Below, piece after piece: positions 1 through 10,235 of a stretch of 63,500 bases of DNA. Source of the DNA: an uncultured Desulfobacteraceae bacterium (lineage in GTDB: Bacteria > Desulfobacterota > Desulfobacteria > Desulfobacterales > UBA11574); NCBI GenBank assembly GCA_964410925.1, contig CAYPIW010000051.1:1-63500 (forward strand), in the 5' to 3' direction. Both the position numbers and the translations under genes were made by a program. Every line of letters begins with the position of its first letter. The first letter of the stretch is position 1. Below the pieces are notes generated by a model. The model was not told the origin of the DNA, ran no database searches, and saw nothing but the letters and a program-made list of their open reading frames with translations.

Positions 1-1749
1 CATTAGAGACCCGTTACCGATAAACCTCACTTTATCAGGATTTATTTCAGGCAAAAGACCAATGGTTATCGCCTTTTCCAGATCCACATAACTGCCAAAT
101 CCCCCTGCCAGGAGAATGCGATCAATGTCACCGATACCCAGCCCCACCTCTTCAAGAAGGGTGATACACCCACTGTATATGGCGCCTTTTGCCCGTATGA
201 GATTGTCAAGATCCGGTTCTGTGAGGGTAATATCTCTGTCGATTTGCGTTTCATTTTTCCATGCAAGCACATATTCAAAAATGCCGTCCGTTTCACGGAT
301 GCGCGGGGTATCCAGATCCCGGTTGAATTTTCCCCTGCTGTCAATGACACCCATTTCAAACAACGTGGCTGCAATGATAATGAGTCCCGAGCCGCAGATC
401 CCTTTGGCTTGGACATTGCCAATCGTGAGATTCATAGGTTCCAACGTGATAGGATCCATTGAAAAATCCTCAATGGCCCCTTTTGCAGCCCTCATTCCAA
501 ACTTAAGGCCACCGCCTTCAAATGCCGGTCCTGCAGAACAGGCTGCACAGGCAAGCCAATCTTTGTTGCCAATCACAATTTCGGCATTGGTGCCGATATC
601 CATAAAAAGCGTAATTTCTTCGGAGAGGTACATTCCCGATCCCATGACACCGGCTACAATGTCGCCTCCCACATAACTTGAAATCGCCGGGTATACCAGC
701 GCGGTCACATGGTCTCCCAGGAAAAGACCTAAATCAACCGCCTTTATGGGCGCAAACAATGTTGACGCCGGAATATAAGGTGAAAGCCGTATATATTTTG
801 GGTTGACCTTGAGCATAAGCTGCGTCATGGTTGTATTGCCTGCCAAAGTAATGGTGGAAATCTCATCAGGATCGATTTTCGCCCGCTTGACTATCTTTTT
901 TATTAAATGGTTAATATTTTCAATAATCACCTCGTGGAGCTTTTGCAGGCCTCCGGATTTGCCTGCAAAAATAATTCGACTGATAACGTCTTCGCCATAG
1001 CTGATCTGTCCGTTATATTCACCATATGAGGCCAGTGCATCGCCGGTTATAAGATCGATTAACTGGCTGTAGACGGTTGTTGTGCCGATATCCACGGCAA
1101 TGGCATAGTTCCGGTTCGTTGTGTTTCCCGGCTGAATATTTATTATATGGGTCTTTCTTCCGGAATGGACGGGTCTTGCTAGTGTTACAGTAACCTTGAA
1201 GTCGTCTTTTCTCAAAATATCAGAAATCTTCCGGATCACAGGAAGCTCAACTACAAGACGATGCTCACCGTATTTGGCTTTCAAGAAAGAGATCAGTCTG
1301 GTTACATCCGGCAGATTGTCCTGCAACGTGGGCTCGGGAAGCTCCAGGTATTTCTTCTCGACCGGAGGCATGAAAAGACCTTTTTCCTTTAACTCCTCAA
1401 GGTTCATTTCCCAGATTTTAGCTTTCCGTCTGGGAGTCGTTTGCAGGTTAAGAACACTGATATCAACTTCCGATTCTATGGGAATGCGTACCACGATGTC
1501 ACTGGTAACAGATGCCAGACAGGCCTGACGGTAGCCCTTTTCAATATCTTCTTTGTTTAATTTTTCACTTATTCCTCCCTCAACGCTTCCATCTTCGATC
1601 ATAACACGGCATTTTCCGCATACACCCTCACCCCCGCAGGAAGCATTAATGTGAACTCCTGCTTCCATGGCAGCGCGAAGAAGGTTCTCTCCGTGCATAA
1701 CTGTTATTTCTTTGTTGTGGGGAAGAAATTTGACCTTATGTCTGCTCAT
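1..1749 (-). CDS. 2Fe-2S ferredoxin/ASKHA-domain protein (RACo/DUF4445-type reductive activator of corrinoid proteins), runs off the left edge
   Basis: Absent from the ORF track (no stop in the window). Read by hand from ATG 1749: MSRHKVKFLPHNKEITV..NASCGGEGVCGKCRV..YRQACLA (2Fe-2S motif), AVDIGTTT, DIGTNAEIV, AGPAFEGG, GICGSG, ending IGNGSLM at base 1. Confidence 0.9.
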   Translation of the reverse strand, partial: MSRHKVKFLPHNKEITVMHGENLLRAAMEAGVHINASCGGEGVCGKCRVMIEDGSVEGGISEKLNKEDIEKGYRQACLASVTSDIVVRIPIESEVDISVLNLQTTPRRKAKIWEMNLEELKEKGLFMPPVEKKYLELPEPTLQDNLPDVTRLISFLKAKYGEHRLVVELPVIRKISDILRKDDFKVTVTLARPVHSGRKTHIINIQPGNTTNRNYAIAVDIGTTTVYSQLIDLITGDALASYGEYNGQISYGEDVISRIIFAGKSGGLQKLHEVIIENINHLIKKIVKRAKIDPDEISTITLAGNTTMTQLMLKVNPKYIRLSPYIPASTLFAPIKAVDLGLFLGDHVTALVYPAISSYVGGDIVAGVMGSGMYLSEEITLFMDIGTNAEIVIGNKDWLACAACSAGPAFEGGGLKFGMRAAKGAIEDFSMDPITLEPMNLTIGNVQAKGICGSGLIIIAATLFEMGVIDSRGKFNRDLDTPRIRETDGIFEYVLAWKNETQIDRDITLTEPDLDNLIRAKGAIYSGCITLLEEVGLGIGDIDRILLAGGFGSYVDLEKAITIGLLPEINPDKVRFIGNGSLM

Positions 1750-1963
1750 TATCGATTCCTTTATTTGATAGCGATTTTAAGATCCTCGGCAAAAATCGTT
1801 ATAACTTCATGTTCAACGACCTTAATATCTTATCAGAATCTATAGGTCGGAGCAAACCCAATTTCTGAGGATTTGCCCTTTTCATTTTTTTTGATATGTA
1901 TGTAACGGGAAAAAGATCGTCATTTCAACACCATCTTAATGAAAAAGTAAAAGTGCCGCAAGA

Positions 1964-2387
1964 CTTATAATCAAAAAGATCCTCCAGGCGGACAAGTCCT
2001 CAAGCATTTGGGCTTTTGGGATGTAAAACGGAAGCTGTCATTGAGGCCGATGCGCCGCCCTTGATACCGGATTCATGTTCAACTCTCTCTGCGGATGATT
2101 ATATGATCAATCCTGACTGCCCGATCGAAGCCTGCCTATAACGGCCAGTTCGTTGAGATAAAGTGGTGAGTTTTGTTCGAAGCTTGTCCCCGGGAAAGCG
2201 AGAAACCGGTAATTTTGTGTTGTATCATGCGAAGCGGTGGTTGACACCCCGATGCGCCTTTGGTATATGATTTTTGAGTGTCACCGGAACCGGCAGGCTT
2301 CTATATGTTGCAGTTTCAATAAGTTCCATACACAATTATAACTTACTTTTCTATACATTCCTTGTTAAAATGGGAATTCTTATCAAT
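1964..2387 (+). mobile_element. Degenerate 3' remnant of an IS91/ISCR-like rolling-circle transposase with possible oriIS end
   Basis: Frameshifted fragments LIIKKIL / LKHLGFWDVKRK / ADAPPLIPDSCSTLSADDYMINPDCPIEACL* (stop 2139-2141) resemble IS91-family C-termini as I recall them. GGGAATTCTTATCAA lies about 240 bp downstream and resembles an oriIS end. Confidence 0.5.
2241..2271 (+). promoter_or_regulatory. Putative sigma70 promoter inside the IS remnant, facing the APH/HAD genes
   Basis: TTGACA (2241-2246), 17-bp spacer ending TGG, then TATATGAT. Confidence 0.4.
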
Positions 2388-2488
2388 TTTGTTTAAATGT
2401 TCTTTCTGTCATCAAACTGAATTTGCATCATTGCGTTTTCATATTCGATCAAGACCCATCTTAACATTTGCCGGACGCCGGAAAAAAA

Positions 2489-3493
2489 ATGAACGCAGAC
2501 TATCTCGGATACCTTTCAGATAAAGATCCCCTCTACGAATATTTGCAACACCAAATCACCCCTCAACTCGGATTTTATTTGCCGGATGCCTGTTATCAGG
2601 TCTTCCGATTCGCAGATTCCCGGGATGTCTACTTGTACGCGGAAAAACATCAGAAACTTCAATGGGTCGGGAAATTTTTCAAATCATCCGATGTGAATCG
2701 GGCCGGGAAAAAAGGAGAAACCGAATTCAACAACCTGCTGTTCCTTCGAGGCATTGGCTTTTCCACCCCTCCGCACTATGTCGTGAAGCCCTACGGGTTC
2801 AATCCGTGGATTGACAATGTTCTCGTACTTGAATACCTGTCAGCCCAGTCGCTAAGCAACATTATCAATGAGACCATCTATTTTGCAAGTCACAACCGTC
2901 TATTTAAAAAACTATCTGCGCTGGCGCATTTTTTGGCCACACTGCACAACTGCACGGCAGGCGATTATACCGTTGATTTCGATGATAACTATCACTATAT
3001 GGCACACCTTTTGACGTCTCTGATCAAAAGAAAAGGAATGGAAATAGAGCATGCTGAAGTATTCTGGTCTTTGCGAGAGCGTTGGCGAAAGCGAAGCTGT
3101 ATGTGGGAAGATCGAAACGTCATGGTTCATGGTGACGCGACTCCCGCCAATTTTCTTTTCGGCCATGGAAAGGATGTGATGGCGATAGATCTTGAACGGA
3201 TGAGATGGTCCGACCGTGTGTTTGATCTTGGCCGGCTTTGCGGTGAACTGAAACACTTTTTTTTGAGAGCCACGCAAAATCCATTTGCCTCTGAGCCGTT
3301 CATTGGACATTTTCTGTGGGAATACTGTCACCATTTTCCGGATCAAAAAAGCGCCTTTGGTTCCATCACCCGGCGCATACCCTTTTACATGGGCATCACC
3401 CTGCTTCGCATCGCACGAAATTCATGGATCGACGAAGACTACGGCCGTTGCCTGATTCACGAAGCAGAACAAATTCTCAAGGCGGACATATGA
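2489..3493 (+). CDS. Aminoglycoside phosphotransferase (APH/choline kinase)-family protein
   Basis: VGKFF lysine, HGDATPANF (Brenner motif), IDLE. ATG 2489 preferred over TTG 2468. Confidence 0.85.
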   Translation: MNADYLGYLSDKDPLYEYLQHQITPQLGFYLPDACYQVFRFADSRDVYLYAEKHQKLQWVGKFFKSSDVNRAGKKGETEFNNLLFLRGIGFSTPPHYVVKPYGFNPWIDNVLVLEYLSAQSLSNIINETIYFASHNRLFKKLSALAHFLATLHNCTAGDYTVDFDDNYHYMAHLLTSLIKRKGMEIEHAEVFWSLRERWRKRSCMWEDRNVMVHGDATPANFLFGHGKDVMAIDLERMRWSDRVFDLGRLCGELKHFFLRATQNPFASEPFIGHFLWEYCHHFPDQKSAFGSITRRIPFYMGITLLRIARNSWIDEDYGRCLIHEAEQILKADI

Positions 3494-4227
3494 TCATTCG
3501 AGGTATTATCTTTGACATTAACGGCACCCTCATCGATATCCAAACAGACGAAGGATATGAGGAAATCTATCGGGCAATCAGTCATTTCCTGATCTACCAG
3601 GGAGTATATATGCACCGATGGGACGTGAGGGATGCATATTTCAGGATCATGGATACCCAACGAGAAGCCGGTGGGGAAAAACACCCTGAATTCAACGCAG
3701 TGGCGCTTTGGTGTGAATTTATCCGTCAATATTCGAGCCCCGGTTCCTTTGGCCCCGAAAAGAGAAACCGAATCTCGAGGTTTCTCGCGCAAATGTACCG
3801 GGGAATTTCCCGCAATCGCCTGCAGCTTTATTCGGACGTTAAGGCCGTACTGTCGGAACTGTGCTGCCGTTTCAAACTTGCGGCGGTCTCCGATGGTCAA
3901 CGCATATGGGCAATACCGGAGTTAAAAGCAGTGGGGATCGATTCGTTTTTCAAACCCGTCATCCTATCCGGTGATTATGGTTACAGAAAGCCTGACCCGA
4001 GACTTTTTGAAACGGCCTTGACAAAAATGAGGCTTAAACCCAAGGATGTGCTTTTTGTAGGAAACGATATGCATCGGGATATTTTCGGTGCCCAACAACT
4101 TGGCATAAAAACCGTCTTTTTCTTATCAAATCAGGGAAGGAGCAAAATGGAAGGGATCGCTCCCGATTATATCATTTATCGATTTTCAGAGCTAACACAG
4201 GCTATTATATTCTTTGAAAATCAGTAA
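3490..4227 (+). CDS. HAD-family hydrolase
   Basis: FDINGTL, VSDG, KPDPRLF, FVGND motifs. ATGA overlap with the upstream stop indicates translational coupling. Confidence 0.88.
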   Translation: MIIRGIIFDINGTLIDIQTDEGYEEIYRAISHFLIYQGVYMHRWDVRDAYFRIMDTQREAGGEKHPEFNAVALWCEFIRQYSSPGSFGPEKRNRISRFLAQMYRGISRNRLQLYSDVKAVLSELCCRFKLAAVSDGQRIWAIPELKAVGIDSFFKPVILSGDYGYRKPDPRLFETALTKMRLKPKDVLFVGNDMHRDIFGAQQLGIKTVFFLSNQGRSKMEGIAPDYIIYRFSELTQAIIFFENQ

Positions 4228-4249
4228 CTTCCTCAATGTTGGTTCAGTT

Positions 4250-5665
4250 TTAATGTGCCGGCAAGGCCATCTTATCCGCCTCGTTTATCCAGCCGCCTCC
4301 CATAACCTTATAAATGTTCACCATTGAAGCAAGTAGAGAGGCGCGGGACTGAGCATAGTTGAGTTCTGCGGGAAAAAGCTGTTGCTGGGCCTGGAGTACG
4401 GTAAAATAGGGGGCATACCCCCCATCATACTGGATCTGAGCAAGACGAGCATATTCCTTGCCGGCTTTGACAAGGCGCTCCTGGGCCTGGATTTGCTCAT
4501 TGATCTTCCTGCGAGCGGCCAACGCGTTTTCCACATCTGAAAAAGCGCTCTGGATAGCCAATTCATAGCTGTGAAGTGCCGCTTTCCGGGCTGCCTCGGC
4601 TTGTTTTACCTGTCCGGAAATCGCGCCGGCCGTGAAAATTGGTCCTGTAAAAGACCCAGTATAATTCCAAACCCGCGACGGACTCTTAAACAAATCAGAG
4701 AGATCAGAACTCGCATAACCGTAATCTCCAGATAAAGAGATGGTCGGAAAATAAAGCGCCATGGCCGCGCCAATCTGCGCGTTGGCTGCGATGAGGTTCT
4801 GTTCGGCCTTACGAATGTCGGGGCGGTTTTTGAGAATATCCGATGGAATTCCGGCCGGAACGGCAGGACACATAATCTCATCCATTATTTTACCGCGAGG
4901 AATGTGACTTGGATTCCGCCCAAGAAGAATTGAAAGCGAATTTTCCATCTGTATGATCTGCAATTCTACCTGCGGGATTGTTATTGCAGCAATTTCATAT
5001 TGCGTTCGGGCCTGTTCCACGGTCATTTGCGAGACCTGGCCGTACTTGAATTGCTTCTCAAAAAATTGAACGGATTCGCCATAGGTAGCCAGTGAACTTT
5101 TTGAAATTGCAAGTTGCTCATCGAGTCCAAGCAACTGAATGTAACTGCTTGCCACCAATGCCACAAGAGAAAGGATCACTCCGCGCCGCGCCTCTTCAGT
5201 TACCAACAGGTTTGCCTGCGCGGACTCGGAAAGCCGGCGGATGCGGCCCCACAGATCGATTTCCCAACTGGCACCGGCCAGCGTCTGATAAGACGTATAG
5301 GTATTGTCTGTCAGGCGAGTGCCGCTGAACCTGCCCGCACGTTGTTCTGCTCCGGCGCCGCTGTAGCCGATTTGAGGAAAAAGAGGCGACCGGGTCTCTT
5401 CAAGAACCGCTGCAGCCTGCTCGACATTTGCCGCCGCGATCATGATGTTCTTGTTGCTTGCGAGCGATTCTGCAATTAACTCATCCAAAACCGGGTCCTT
5501 AAATTGTTTCCACCACTGGGTGTTTGCCATCTCGCGAGTCTCTTTATCCTGATATATATAAACGGATGGCACATCGAGTTCAGGCCGAATGTATTCCGGC
5601 CCAATCGCACATCCGACCATAAAAGCGATAAACAGCAATAAGCCTGGAAGAATGGATCGGCGCAT
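4250..5665 (-). CDS. RND efflux outer-membrane lipoprotein (NodT/OprM family)
   Basis: Lipobox MVGC, WWKQFKDPVL, WEIDLWGR, RPDIR, YKVMGGGW. Start MRRSIL with a GGGAG RBS. Confidence 0.92.
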   Translation of the reverse strand: MRRSILPGLLLFIAFMVGCAIGPEYIRPELDVPSVYIYQDKETREMANTQWWKQFKDPVLDELIAESLASNKNIMIAAANVEQAAAVLEETRSPLFPQIGYSGAGAEQRAGRFSGTRLTDNTYTSYQTLAGASWEIDLWGRIRRLSESAQANLLVTEEARRGVILSLVALVASSYIQLLGLDEQLAISKSSLATYGESVQFFEKQFKYGQVSQMTVEQARTQYEIAAITIPQVELQIIQMENSLSILLGRNPSHIPRGKIMDEIMCPAVPAGIPSDILKNRPDIRKAEQNLIAANAQIGAAMALYFPTISLSGDYGYASSDLSDLFKSPSRVWNYTGSFTGPIFTAGAISGQVKQAEAARKAALHSYELAIQSAFSDVENALAARRKINEQIQAQERLVKAGKEYARLAQIQYDGGYAPYFTVLQAQQQLFPAELNYAQSRASLLASMVNIYKVMGGGWINEADKMALPAH

Positions 5666-5666
5666 G

Positions 5667-8600
5667 TCAATTGTCTCCCTGCTTTTCGGTATATATGTCT
5701 TCATGCATGGTACCGCCTGTCAAAGCGTTCTCATTCGATCCTGTTTTGTTTTTTTTTGATTCCAACCGTTCACTCATACGGTCAAACAGATAAAACAGCA
5801 ACGGAACATAAAGCATGGCCAATGTGGTTTCTCCGATCATACCGCCGATGATGCCGGTACCGATGGAATGCCGGGCATTGGCGCCCGCTCCCATGGCGAT
5901 GGCCAGCGGCAGCACGCCGAAGGCGAAGGCCAGCGATGTCATAATGATCGGTCGAAGCCGTTGCTCACCGGCTTCAATGGTGGCTTCCATGATGGATTTG
6001 CCCTGCTTGCGCAACTCAACAGCAAAGGAGACCCTTAAGATAGCGTTTTTCGCGCCAAGACCGATGAGCACCAGTAGACCGATCTGGAAGTAGACATCAT
6101 TTTCCAGCCCGCGCAGCCAGTTTGCAGTCAGCGCCCCCAGAACGCCAAAGGGCACCGCCATCAGTACGGTTCCCGGTAACGTCCATGATTCGTACTGGGC
6201 AGACAGCACCAGAAACACGATGATTAAGCCGAACACAAAGGCAATTGACGATGTTCCGCCTGCTTTCTTTTCCTCGAAAGCAAGTCCCGACCACGAATAT
6301 GTGTATCCCTGGGGGAGTATGTCCCGAGCGACCTCTTCCATTGCTGAAAGCGCCTGACCGGAACTGTACCCTGTTGCCGCATTACCGTTTACCTTTGCGG
6401 CCGGAAACCCGTTGAAATGTGTTACCAGGTCCGGGCCCGCAACCCACCGGGTCTTTACAACAGCAGACAGAGGAACCATGGCCCCCTGGCTTGATCGGGT
6501 ATAAAGGCGCGTCAGATCTGCAGGGTTCTGCCGGAAATTCGGATCAGACTGGAGAATGACCCACCACACGCGGCTGAACTCATTATATTGACTGACGGTC
6601 AATGATCCGAACTGGGCTTGAATGGCACTATAGACATCCTGCACCGGGACCCCGAGAAGGTTGGCCTTTTCTCTGTCCACATGCACGAACAACTGTCGGG
6701 CGGTCGCACGGAAAGTGCTGTTCAACCCTGTCAACTCAGGCCGATCGGATGCCCTGGCAAGGAATTTCCGGGTCAGATCTTCTAATCTCGAAGGGTTGCC
6801 GGCGCCCGTGTCCTGTATCCAGAATTCAAAACCGCCGGTAGTGCCGATCCCGGGTATAGCCGGTGGCGCGATCGGAATAACCAGCCCTTCCCGTATGGTG
6901 GAGGCCTGCCTCCTTAATCCCAGTAACACGGCGCGGGCGTTTTCGGCACGGGCGTTTTTAGTAGAAGAATAACGTTCTTTAAAGGGCTTGAGAGTTACGA
7001 AAAATGTGCCCGCATTGGTTTTGAACCCGCTGTCAAGCAGGCTGTATCCGGTAAGCTGGATACGGTTTTCGACACCTGGAATTTTTGAAAATATCTCATC
7101 CACACGATTGGTAACAGCTTCCGTGCGGTCTATGCTTGCAGCGTCCGGCATGATAATCGCGGCCATGACATACCCCTGGTCTTCGTTGGGCACGAAACTT
7201 GTCGGGAGCACTTCAAAAAGGTAAACGATCATCCAGACCAGAATCGCAAGAACCCCGAAGGCAACGGTCATATGCTTGATAACAAACATCACGGCGTGGC
7301 CGAATCCCCGGGTAATTCCATCCACCTGACGGTTGAACCAGGCAAAGAATCCCCTGGACCGAGGCTCCGTATGCTTCAGCAGAACGCTGCACATGGCTGG
7401 CGTCAGCGTAAGCGCAACAAAACCGGATACTGCCACGGATATGACGATGGTAATCGCAAACTGTTTATAAAGCTGGCCGGTGGTGCCGGGTAGGAAGGCC
7501 GCCGGGATAAACACCGACGCCATCACCAGCACCACTGCCACGAGAGAACTTGATATTTCTCCCATAGCTTTGACGGTTGCGTCTCTGGGCGCAAGGTGAT
7601 GCGTTGTCATGTTGCGCTCTACGTTTTCAACCACGACGATGGCGTCGTCCACCACCATGCCAATAGCCAGCACCAAACCAAATAAGGTGAGCAGATTGAT
7701 GGAAAAGCCCAACGCGAGCATACCGGTAAATGTACTGACAAGGGCGACGATAATTGCAACCACGCAAATGATGGTGGTGCGGAAACTCTGGAGAAACAGA
7801 AATACCACCAGCACTACGAGCAAAATCGCTTCAATCAGGGTCTCTTTGACCTCATTAATCGACAACCTTACGAAATCGTTGGTGTCAAGGGATATGACAT
7901 AATCAATCCCTGCCGGAAATTGTGATTTCATTTGTTCAAGCATTTTGCGGACCGCTGCCGATACGTCAAGGCCATTGGCCCCCGGCTGCTGATAAACTGC
8001 AAGGAAAGTAGCGGGAGTGCCGTTTAACTTGGAGTCGATAATGTACTGCTTAAGTCCCACTTCAGCGCGCGCCACATCTTTTAATCGAACGATTGCGCTT
8101 GCGTCCTGGCTCGCGCGCAAAATGATGTTTTCATATTGTGAGGGGTCGGTAAAAGGCCCTTGAGTGACCACTGGAAACGTCAGTTGCACGGGGCCTGATG
8201 TCGGCTTCTGGCCAATCTGGCCGGCTCCATACAGAGCGTTCTGTTTCGCGACTGCCTGTTGGATGTCGCTGGTAGTAATTCCCAGCGAGGCCATCCGGTC
8301 CGGATTCATCCAGATGCGCATAGCCTGGTCAGGAACGCCCATAATCTGCGCCTGCCCCGCGCCCGGCACCCGTTTGAGCGCATCAAGGACATAAACATTG
8401 GCATAATTGGCGATATAATCGCTGCTATAACGTTCGTCTTTTGCAAAAATGGCAATCAGCATCATGATCGATGACGCTTTCTTCTGCACCGAGACGCCTT
8501 GCTGCGTCACGGCCTCCGGGAGCTGCGGCAGCGCCAGATTAACGCGGTTCTGCACCTGCACCTGAGCTATGTCAGGATCCGTGTTAAGTGAAAAGTACAC

Positions 8601-8876
8601 AGTGAGCGTCAATTGACCGTTTGAGGAGCTGGTCGAGGACATGTAAATCATGTTGTCAACACCGTTGATCTGCGCCTCTATCGGCGCAGCAACGGAATCG
8701 GCAAGTGTTTGAGAGTCGGATCCCGGATATGTTGCAGAAACCGTTACCTGTACGGGGGTAATGGTAGGATACTGTTCAATTGGAAGGGCTGTCAGCGCCA
8801 CAAGACCTGCAAGGCAGATGATGATCGATATGACCGTTGCGAAAATCGGCCGTTCAATGAAGAATTTGGAGAACAT
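5667..8876 (-). CDS. RND efflux permease (HAE1, AcrB/BepE-like)
   Basis: MFSKFFIERPIFA start, GMVVDDAIVVVENVER, AKNAIL, RLRPIIMTSLAF; 1069 aa. Confidence 0.96.
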   Translation of the reverse strand: MFSKFFIERPIFATVISIIICLAGLVALTALPIEQYPTITPVQVTVSATYPGSDSQTLADSVAAPIEAQINGVDNMIYMSSTSSSNGQLTLTVYFSLNTDPDIAQVQVQNRVNLALPQLPEAVTQQGVSVQKKASSIMMLIAIFAKDERYSSDYIANYANVYVLDALKRVPGAGQAQIMGVPDQAMRIWMNPDRMASLGITTSDIQQAVAKQNALYGAGQIGQKPTSGPVQLTFPVVTQGPFTDPSQYENIILRASQDASAIVRLKDVARAEVGLKQYIIDSKLNGTPATFLAVYQQPGANGLDVSAAVRKMLEQMKSQFPAGIDYVISLDTNDFVRLSINEVKETLIEAILLVVLVVFLFLQSFRTTIICVVAIIVALVSTFTGMLALGFSINLLTLFGLVLAIGMVVDDAIVVVENVERNMTTHHLAPRDATVKAMGEISSSLVAVVLVMASVFIPAAFLPGTTGQLYKQFAITIVISVAVSGFVALTLTPAMCSVLLKHTEPRSRGFFAWFNRQVDGITRGFGHAVMFVIKHMTVAFGVLAILVWMIVYLFEVLPTSFVPNEDQGYVMAAIIMPDAASIDRTEAVTNRVDEIFSKIPGVENRIQLTGYSLLDSGFKTNAGTFFVTLKPFKERYSSTKNARAENARAVLLGLRRQASTIREGLVIPIAPPAIPGIGTTGGFEFWIQDTGAGNPSRLEDLTRKFLARASDRPELTGLNSTFRATARQLFVHVDREKANLLGVPVQDVYSAIQAQFGSLTVSQYNEFSRVWWVILQSDPNFRQNPADLTRLYTRSSQGAMVPLSAVVKTRWVAGPDLVTHFNGFPAAKVNGNAATGYSSGQALSAMEEVARDILPQGYTYSWSGLAFEEKKAGGTSSIAFVFGLIIVFLVLSAQYESWTLPGTVLMAVPFGVLGALTANWLRGLENDVYFQIGLLVLIGLGAKNAILRVSFAVELRKQGKSIMEATIEAGEQRLRPIIMTSLAFAFGVLPLAIAMGAGANARHSIGTGIIGGMIGETTLAMLYVPLLFYLFDRMSERLESKKNKTGSNENALTGGTMHEDIYTEKQGDN

Positions 8877-8912
8877 GAATTCGGGTCTCCTCTACTTGCT
8901 TCCCTCGGTGGT

Positions 8913-10112
8913 TTACCTCTTTTGAGCATCCGCTTTCGGCACTTCGACAGTCACGGATAGCGCCTTTTCATCATAAGGTTTCACTGTTACTTTCATACCG
9001 GGTTGAAGCAAAAGCCCCCCATCAACCACTACCTGATCATCTGCTTTAAGTCCTTCCAGGATGAACCATTGGTCCTCATACCAGCCTCCGACCGTTACCG
9101 GACGCTGCTCAGCCGTATTATCCTTGCCCACAACCCAAACATATTGGCCCTTGGAGCCTTGTTGCACCGAGCGCTGGGGTATAAGAACGGCGTTAGGCCG
9201 GATTGCGCCTTTCAGACGGACGCGGACATACTGATTCTGGCGAAGCACGCCGTCAGGATTCTCCACGCTCGCTCGGATGAGGAAAGTTCCGGTCTGCGCA
9301 TTATACGATGGTTCAGCAAAAGTTATCCTTCCTTTGTATGGAAACACGGAATCGTCGACAAGGAGGACTTCAACCTCATAGTTTTGATCCTTTGGGGGGA
9401 GCAACAGCCCTTTTTCGACCTGGTCCCGGAATCTTTGCATTTCGTTTTCTGAGAGACTAAAATTTACCCATATCGGCGAGAGTGCCTCCACGGTTGTGAG
9501 CAGACTGTTCTGCGGGCTGATGTATGTCCCTTCGGCCTGTTGAGCCGAACTGCTGACGCCCGTTATTGGGGAGGCGATCGTAGTATATGACAGGTTCAAC
9601 TTTTGGGTTTCGACCTGTGCCTTGGCCTGCTCTACAGCCGCTGCCGCGGACTGGTAATGGCCAAGTGCATCGTCAAGGTCTTTCTGGGAAAGTGCATTCT
9701 GCTCAGCCAGCGGCTTAACGCGGTTAAGATTCAAACGGGCGGTTTCCAGCGCCGCCTCTTGCTGGGCAAGAGCGGCTTTTGCCTGATCAAGCTGGACTTT
9801 AAACGGCTTGTCATCCATCTGAAAAAGCACCTGGTCTTGCTTTACCACAGCCCCTTCATTATACATACGCTTGTCGAGAAAGCCGGTAACCCTCGCCTGG
9901 ATATTGACAAGTTGAGAACTCTCGGTTTTCGCCACATACTCGACGGACACCGGAACATCGCGGGGAATCACTGTTATGGTTAAAACCGGCGACGGGGACG
10001 GCGCTGACACGCTTTCTTTTTCCTTGCAGCCATTAAGAATCAAAGCTGAGCAACCAAGAATAAAGAATACTAATGTAAACGCTTTCATCTTTTTGTTGTT
10101 TATCAATCTCAT
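8913..10112 (-). CDS. RND periplasmic adaptor (MFP) lipoprotein
   Basis: Lipobox LNGC, IQARVTGFL, LSYTTIASPITG, AVLIPQRSV. Confidence 0.93.
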   Translation of the reverse strand: MRLINNKKMKAFTLVFFILGCSALILNGCKEKESVSAPSPSPVLTITVIPRDVPVSVEYVAKTESSQLVNIQARVTGFLDKRMYNEGAVVKQDQVLFQMDDKPFKVQLDQAKAALAQQEAALETARLNLNRVKPLAEQNALSQKDLDDALGHYQSAAAAVEQAKAQVETQKLNLSYTTIASPITGVSSSAQQAEGTYISPQNSLLTTVEALSPIWVNFSLSENEMQRFRDQVEKGLLLPPKDQNYEVEVLLVDDSVFPYKGRITFAEPSYNAQTGTFLIRASVENPDGVLRQNQYVRVRLKGAIRPNAVLIPQRSVQQGSKGQYVWVVGKDNTAEQRPVTVGGWYEDQWFILEGLKADDQVVVDGGLLLQPGMKVTVKPYDEKALSVTVEVPKADAQKR

Positions 10113-10235
10113 ATGGAAACCTCTTGTTGCGATTCAGCAAAAAAAGGGCTTCGGAGCCACGGTTTGTTAATAGACAAGGATCAGCGCTTACCAACGGCCT
10201 TGATTTACACCCCTTTCCGGTCAGGATTTCGCGGA

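Noticed and set aside
66-1845. Short ORFs listed in the track over 66-1845
   Set aside because: They are shadows of the unlisted minus-strand ASKHA gene at 1-1749.
3316-3489. N-terminal extension of the HAD ORF
   Set aside because: It overlaps the APH gene; ATG 3490 gives an ATGA coupling and places the HAD motif I at the start.
2489-3493. Calling the APH-family gene an antibiotic resistance gene
   Set aside because: Only the kinase fold is supported; coupling with a HAD phosphatase points to metabolism.
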